Assembly (NCBI RefSeq): GCF_009914755.1
Contig: NC_060927.1
Length of the DNA stretch: 64,000 bases
Reading direction: 5' to 3' (one strand)
DNA from: the human T2T-CHM13v2.0 reference genome, Homo sapiens
In this document: positions 57,215 through 64,000 of the stretch, piece after piece
Position numbering within the stretch: the first letter of the stretch is position 1
Layout of the letters: each line of letters starts with the position of its first letter
The notes under the pieces: model-generated
Told to the model about the DNA's origin: nothing
The model's database searches: none
What the model saw: only the letters and a program-made list of their open reading frames with translations
Made by a program: the position numbers and the translations under genes

Positions 57215-57952
57215 TAACAGCTAATACACATATTATTACCTTCATCAGGGACTCTTTAAAGTGCTCTACAAATATTAATTCATTGTGTTAAGAACCTTGA
57301 GCACATTTTCAGATTTCCCTGATGGCCTGTTCTTGCTGTCAGAGCCCTACTGCACTGGGTCTTCTATTCACTGTCAGATTCTGGAACCTCTCTGCAAGGT
57401 TTCTTAAGAAAAGACCAAAGCCTGGATGGCCACATGGATCTGCAAGAGAGCTATTACTGCATCGGAGTGAACCTTGACCAATAAGAGATTGAGTCATGAA
57501 GATAACGTCCCTCTTCCTTCTCCCTTTCCTGGCTATTTCTTATTCCAATCCTTCCAGGTATTGTCATGTACAGAGAGAACATGCTTGCCAAGAGGTCTTT
57601 TGTATCTAGGTGGCTTGCTGTGAAATCGTGCCCAGGTTGATAAATATCACATAATTTTATCTCTTTTGTTACCTCAGTTTCCTTTTCCTTTCTCTCTTAC
57701 CACCCTGGCTAGAAATACCAAAATAAAGGGTTAGCTCCTTAAATCTTGATTCTGGCTTTTCTTTCTAAGAATAAGGTGCTGATATAATCTTTGGAAAAAT
57801 CCTACATGGTAGGCATTATGGTTTCAGCCATTGTAGAGATAAGAAAACAGAAACATAATAAAATGAAGTCACTTGCAGAAGTTAACATAGATAGTCAACA
57901 GCAGACCATAATATCAGTTTGAGTCCAGAGTATATGTTCTTAAACCAACACC
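57215..57952 (-). mobile_element. MIR split by a ~500-bp ERVL-like LTR (about 57284-57784)
   Basis: MIR halves AAGTGCTCTACAAATATTAATTCAT and AATCCTACATGGTAGG...GATAAGAAAACAGA flank a TG-starting block with AATAAA near its end; LTR family uncertain. Confidence 0.5.
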
Positions 57953-59735
57953 ATATGATGGTCTGGATCATGAAGTCAGCTTGGAGTCAAACCTTTGCAT
58001 CAGCTTCATTTCCACAATCACAAAGAATGTTTTGGTGAGAGAAGGAGGGGATAAAGAAATAACACTAAAGATAGTTTTCTTGGGTCCTGAACAATGCCAT
58101 AGACAATGTGACAATTGACAATGCCACACTCAATCTACTATCTAATTGAAATATTATTGCCAATGTTAGTGTCTGCTAACACACTGCTCCCATAGCTATA
58201 GAGCAGGGAAGTAGAATTTTTAATACTGTCAGTGCCAGAATTTCCAGGAAGCAAGGTGAATAAATATATTCTGGATTACTGTATTCTTCTGAATAAGCCT
58301 CTGGAAGAAATCCTACATACATCTGTATATTGCCTCAATAACTTAGAGCAAAGTATACTTTAATTTTAAATAGTAAATCCATCCACAATGGAGGACTAAG
58401 AATTTGCTGAAGATCGTTACCATCAATTTTTAACTATATGTCTTTTTATACTTAAACTTCCCTTTTAAAAATCAAACTTAGTAAATCCTCAAGTTAACAT
58501 AGCAGTGGATTCCCATTAACCAAACCTAAAAAGCAGTTACCATAATAAAATTATAAAACATGAAAATGGATACTTGGTTGTGAAAGTATAAAATTAATAT
58601 TTGCTTACTGTGGTTTACAACTTGAAATGTCAACATTAAAAAGTTGGGAAATCTAAGCATTTGTTCCTAGTAATATTTTCTCACTTATAAACAATAATAA
58701 ATCTGACAACCTACTTATTATTGCAGAATGGACTATGGTCTGCCTCAAGTACATGTAAACCATTCCATTCATTTCAAAAAATCAATTATAGTTCCTTCAG
58801 GAAATTGTTAGGGAGTCTCAAAACCAAGTTGCATTTTTTTATAAGTTCAAACTCCAAACTCTATGTTCTTCGGACCCATAAGCTAAATATTATTCTTTGA
58901 ATCCTCAACTCTCTAGTTCCCACATTCAAAACATCAGACCAGTTCTTTCTTTACAACATTTTCTCAATTTTAATGTTTTTTTTCCATTCTCATAGCTTCA
59001 AAGCTGGGCACACACTATTTTCTGGTTATAATTCAACCAATATGGCCCTGCATATTGTGGAAGCTGTATGGCAGTTTAGGGAGAAGCATTTCCATAAATT
59101 ACAATCTGAATTACATCACTTCCCCCCAGTCGTGATGCAATTCACATTCCCCTACAATCACAATTCTCCATTTGATTAAGGATATCTCTTCACATCCAAC
59201 TGGCTTAAACAAATTTTTACATTGTTCTCACATGGTCTCCATTCTATTTAAAGAACTACACTTCTGTTGATCTTCAGTATCTATTATGCAAATCCTTCAA
59301 TAAAGAGTGAAATGAGTAGAACAGAATAATGCCATTATTACATTTATTTGAGTGTTTCTTTTTGGAGGATAATTTTGGGTTTCCTTTAGGTATACTTTAA
59401 AAAATTCCTACCAAATTACAATAAGCACAATGTATTAATATTAGACAGGATTATCTGAAGAAACAGAACTAACAGCATATATGCATGTGTGTATGTACGT
59501 GTGTGTGTGTATGTGTGTAGTCAGAGAGAGACAGAGATTGACAATTTAGCATTGACATATCTTACTTATTGCAGATATTGCATGTCTAACAAATTGAAGA
59601 TTTGTGGCCACTCAACATCAAGCTAGTATATCAGCACAATTTTTTCAATAGCATTTTCTCACTTCATGTCTCTGTGTCATATTTTGGTAATTTTTGCAAT
59701 ATTTCAAAATTTCTCATTATTATTATTATATCTGT

Positions 59736-60137
59736 TAATATAGTTTGGATATTTGTCCCCTCCAAATCTCCCATTGAACTTGGATCCCTAGTGTTGGAGA
59801 TGTGGCCTAGAAGGAGGTGTTTGGGTCATGGGCACAGATCCTTCCTGAATGGCTTGAGGCCTTAATGAGTGAGTTCTCACTCTATTATTTCACATAACAG
59901 CTGGTTGTCTAAAAAGGTGTGGCACCCCTACGCTTTTGCTCCCTCTCTCACCATGTGACACACCTGCTCTCCCTTTGTTTTCTGTCATGATTGGAAGTTT
60001 TCTGAGGTCTTCACCAGAAGGAGATGCTGGTGCCATGCTTCTCGTACAGCCTGCAGAACCATGAGCCAAATAAAACTCTTTCCTTCATAAATGACCCAAC
60101 TTTAGGTATTCTTTTATAGCAACACAAAACAAAGACA
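59736..60137 (+). mobile_element. MSTA/MSTB-like MaLR solo LTR inside Tigger1
   Basis: ATATAGTTTGGATATTTGTCCCCTCCAAATCTC...CAGCCTGCAGAACCATGAGCCAAATAAA...AAGACA; TSD TCTGT/TCTTT. Confidence 0.88.
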
Positions 60138-60346
60138 TCTTTTATGGTGATCTGTGAACAATGACCTTTAATGTTACTATTATAATTGTTTGGGGGTACC
60201 ACAAACCACCACCATACAAGAGGGCAAACCTAAGGAATAAATATGTATGTTTGGACTGCTCCATCAACTGTCCATTGCTCTGTCTCTCTCCCTCTCCTTG
60301 GGCCTCGCTATTCCCTGTGACACACAATATTGGAATTAGGCCAACA

Positions 60347-61932
60347 ATGAGCTCTAAATGTTGAAGAATCACACAACTCTCACTTTAAATAAAAAGCCAG
60401 AAATGATTAAGCTTAATGAGGAAGTATGTCAAAAGCAGAGACAAGCCAAAAGTTAGGCCTCTTTTAGCAAACAGTGGGCCAAGTTGTAAATATAAAGGAA
60501 AAGTTTTTCAAGGAAATTAAAAGTGATAAACATGAGTGAGAAGAAAGCAAAAAAGCCTTATTGCTGATATGGAGAAAGTTGTAGTGATTTGAATAGATCA
60601 GTGCAGCCACAACATTCTCTTGAGCCAAAGCCTAATTCAGAGCAAAGTCCTAACTCTTTTCAATTCCGTGTAGTCTGAGAGAGGTGAGGAAACTGCAGAA
60701 GAAAAGTTTGAAGCTAGCAGTTGATTCATGAGATTTAAGGAAACAAGCCATCTCCAGAACTTAAAAGTGCAAAACGAAGCCACAAGTGCTGATGAAAAGC
60801 TGCAGCCAGTTATCCAGAAGATCTAGCTAAGATCATTGACAAAGGTGACTACATTAGCAAAAGAGTCCCAGTGTAGATGAAATAGCCTTCTGTTGGAAGA
60901 AGATGCCATCTAGGACTTTAATAGCTAGAAAGGAAAAGTTGATGCCTGGCTTCAAAGCTTTGAAAGACAGGCTGACTCTCTTGTTAGGGGCTAATGCAGC
61001 TGGGAACTTTAAGTTGAAGGTGATGCTCATTTGCCATTCTGAAAGTCATGAGGCCCTTAAGAATTATGCTAAATTTACTCTGCCTGTCATCTATAAATGA
61101 AACAACAAAGGTTGTATGACAGTATACCTGTTTATAGCATGGTCTACTGAATATTTTAAGCCCACAGTTGAGATCTACTACTCAGAAAAAAAAATTCTTT
61201 TCAAAATATTAGTATGCATTGATAACACACCTAGTCACCCAAGATCTCTGATGAGATGTAAAAAAAGATTAATGTTTGAATGCCTGCTAACATAGCATCC
61301 TTTCTGCAGCTTATGAATCAAGGAGTAATTTGGACTTTCAGGTCTTATTATTTATTTGTTATTTTGTTAAGCTATAATTGCCATAGACGGTGATTGCCGT
61401 AATGGATTTGCACAAAATAAATTACAAACCTTCTGGAATGAATTCACAATTGCTGAAACCATTAAGAATATCTGTGATTAATGGGAGGAGATCAAAAATA
61501 TCAACATTTACAGGAGTTTGAAAAAAGTTTATTCCAACCCTCATAGATGACTTTGAGGGGTTCAAGACTTCAGTGGAGGAAGTAACTGCAGATATGGTGG
61601 AAATAGCAAGATAACTGAATTAGGAGCAGAGCCTGAAATGGAACTAAAATGCTGTGACTGGGTTTGACAGGATTGACTCCAATTTGGAAAGAAGTTTTAC
61701 TGTGGGTAAAATGCTATCAAACTGCATTACATACATACTACAAAGAAATCATTTGGGAAAGGAAGAGTCAGTCAATGTGGCATACTTCACAATTGTCTTA
61801 TCTTTAGAAATTGCTACAGGCACCCAACCTTCAGCAACCATCACCTTGATCAGTCAGCAGCCATCAATATTAAAGCAAGACCCTCCACCAGCAAAAGGAT
61901 CACAACTCACTGAAGGCTCAGATGATGGTTAG
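60347..61932 (+). pseudogene. Disabled Tigger1 pogo-family transposase
   Basis: ORF fragments [39 protein letters not shown] and QQPSILKQDPPPAKGSQLTEGSD; many stops and frameshifts. Confidence 0.85.
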
Positions 61933-62751
61933 CATCTTTTAGAGTTTTTAAATTAAAGTATGTAGATTGCCTTTTTAGACACAATGCTATTACACACAAT
62001 ATACTACAGTATAGTGTAAACATTAATTTTTGTATGCACTGGGAAATAAGAGAAATTGTATGACTGACTTTATTGTGATATTCACTTTATTGTTGCAGTC
62101 TGGAACCAAATACGCAATATCTCTGAGTATGCCTATATAAGGAATTGGACCACGTGATTATGTAGGCTCCAGAATCCAACATCTGCTGTGTGATTATCAG
62201 GCTGCAAACCCCAAAACTCAGTGTTGCAGATAAAGTCTAAGCGCAGTGTGCTGGAGAACTTTCTCTTGCTCAAAGAGGCTAGTCTTTTTATCCTACTCAG
62301 GCAATCAGCTGATTGAATAAGGCCCATCCACATTATAAAGGATAAAGTTTTACTCAAATTTCACTGACTTAAAGGTTGATCTCATCCAAAACACCTCCAA
62401 GCTGACACATAAAATTAACCATCACACATAATAAATGTGACTATTACTGCTTTTTATTGATTTTTTCCCTTCAAGTAACAGTAGACGGCACTCAGGCTCT
62501 GTTTAACAGCGATTAGTTAACAGCCCTGCATTGCAGGTGTTTGAGGAATATATTAGGCTGGCAAAAATAATTTTGCATGGCATAATAAAAATGTAATGGG
62601 TTAATAAAAATTAATCTTTATGATTTTTTATATGCTACATCCTCAGAAATCAATGGGACTCACAAAAAATAATACATAAAACAACATCCCAGTTTCTTAG
62701 GCTCAATGTCACATTTTTAGTATATATATATTTTTTTGGTAATTTGCAATT

Positions 62752-62985
62752 AAGGTATAGAGGAGGTTTAGAATAGAGTCAGACTGCTTAGGATTAAATC
62801 CTCATCTGATGTATTAGAAGCTGGGTTATTGCAGACAAGTCACTTAATCTCTGTTTCTTAATTTTCTCAGCTATAAAATAATATTAATAGAACCATCTTC
62901 ATGGGTAGTTAGAAGAATTAAATAAGGCAATATTTGTAAAGTGCTTAGAAGAGTGCCTGGCTATTAGTAAGTGCTATATGTGTTT
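62752..62985 (+). mobile_element. MIR
   Basis: GAGTCAGACTGC...CAAGTCACTTAATCTCTG...GTAAAGTGCTTAGAAGAGTGCCTGGC. Confidence 0.8.
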
Positions 62986-64000
62986 ATTTTACATTAAGAA
63001 GAAATAAATAATTGTCCCACCTTAAGCAAGGGCCTTTTCATCTTCTGTGAATTGACTTTGAAGAAATGCAATATCACAGTGACCACTCTAACTAATTAAA
63101 ATTTTCAAGTTCGCTTAAACTTTTTACATAAGTAAAAAACAGTGGGCTTGAAAGTGTTTGGATAATATATGCTCTTCAATAGTTAGACTTGTTTGTATGA
63201 GCAGGATAATGGTAGTTCTCTCTAGTAGAGAAATAAAGTTGTCTGTGTCTTTAAGACACGTGAGTGTATAAACAATAAGCAGACAGTTTAATCTCTTTGT
63301 TAAGGAAAGAGTCAGCACATTAGGTGAAGTGGAGTTGGTGGGAGTTAATTCAGGTGTGTGGCATTGTGAACACAAAATAATTTTTTAACCAGTTTTTCTC
63401 TTTTTTTCAGTTTCCACCTGGTAGATGTAATGATACATAAGCCCATATCCATGGAAAATATTCCCAGAGGAAGGGCGGTGGTAAAGTTGGGTAATTTCTT
63501 CTTTAGCTGTGTTTGATACAGTATTGGATTATGATATTCAGTCTCTGGTTTACCAAAGACCATATATGCCATTTATGTGCCCTAGGATGAGCAATAAATC
63601 AGGCCATTTCCAAGCATTTAGTCTAATAATTGTATTATGCTGCCCTAAGAACTTCGAGATTGTTCAAAAATTTGAAATTTTTTTCTAGATTTTTGATATC
63701 AAATGTACTCTTTAAAGCAACTCCTACAGATAAATCACATCAACTGTGCTGGGTTAAAAGACAAGAAAACATATATCAATCTCCTTAGGCTTAGGTGGGC
63801 AAGCACAAGTTGACTAACCAAGGAGATTTATGTGGCTTCGATATTGCAGTTGCATTCAACCTCTGTTTCATCAGCAATAGATGTTGATGTTCATTTCTAA
63901 TTACTGACTGGCTCTCCAGCTCTTGTACTGCAAGAGATTGGGTCAAAATGACCCAGAAGAGTAAAAACCTGACAGTGAGGAAGGCCAGCATTTCCACAAA

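Larger units (their letters stand above)
59552..62135 (+). mobile_element. Near full-length Tigger1 (TcMar-Tigger) DNA transposon
   Basis: 5' ACAAATTGAAGATTTGTGG...CACTTCATGTCTCTGTGTCATATTTTGG; 3' terminus GCAATATCTCTGAGTATGCCTA followed by TA. Confidence 0.92.
59431..62426 (-). mobile_element. MLT2 (HERVL) LTR split by Tigger1 (parts ~59431-59550 and 62136-62426)
   Basis: GAAACAGAACTAACAG plus a (TG)n tract; TATAAGGAATTGG...AAGCTGACACATAAAATTAACCATCACA. Confidence 0.8.

Overview
AT-rich primate (human-like) genomic DNA with no intact protein-coding gene, RNA gene or CpG island that I can support. The supplied ORFs are Alu, L1, Tigger or low-complexity translations, or chance ORFs. Roughly half the window is interspersed repeat: about 15 Alu/FLAM copies, a near full-length L1MA2-type element nested in an older 5'-inverted L1MA, a twin-primed L1PA, L2s, MIRs, MaLR/ERVL/ERVK solo LTRs, MER58B and a near full-length Tigger1. 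There is also a decayed C2H2 zinc-finger fragment resembling the ZNF112 C-terminus. The most unusual observations are: (1) an AluSc whose target-site duplication (TSD) encloses about 53 bp of extra unique sequence plus a second A-rich tail, a candidate Alu 3' transduction; (2) a spacer-less 50-bp perfect palindrome; (3) an orphan L1PA 5' end (promoter only); (4) a 1.7-kb higher-order AT-rich VNTR; (5) two multi-level nested insertion stacks. I see no evidence of a new multi-gene biological system. Subfamily calls come from recalled consensus diagnostics and need RepeatMasker/Dfam confirmation; boundaries of old repeats are approximate.
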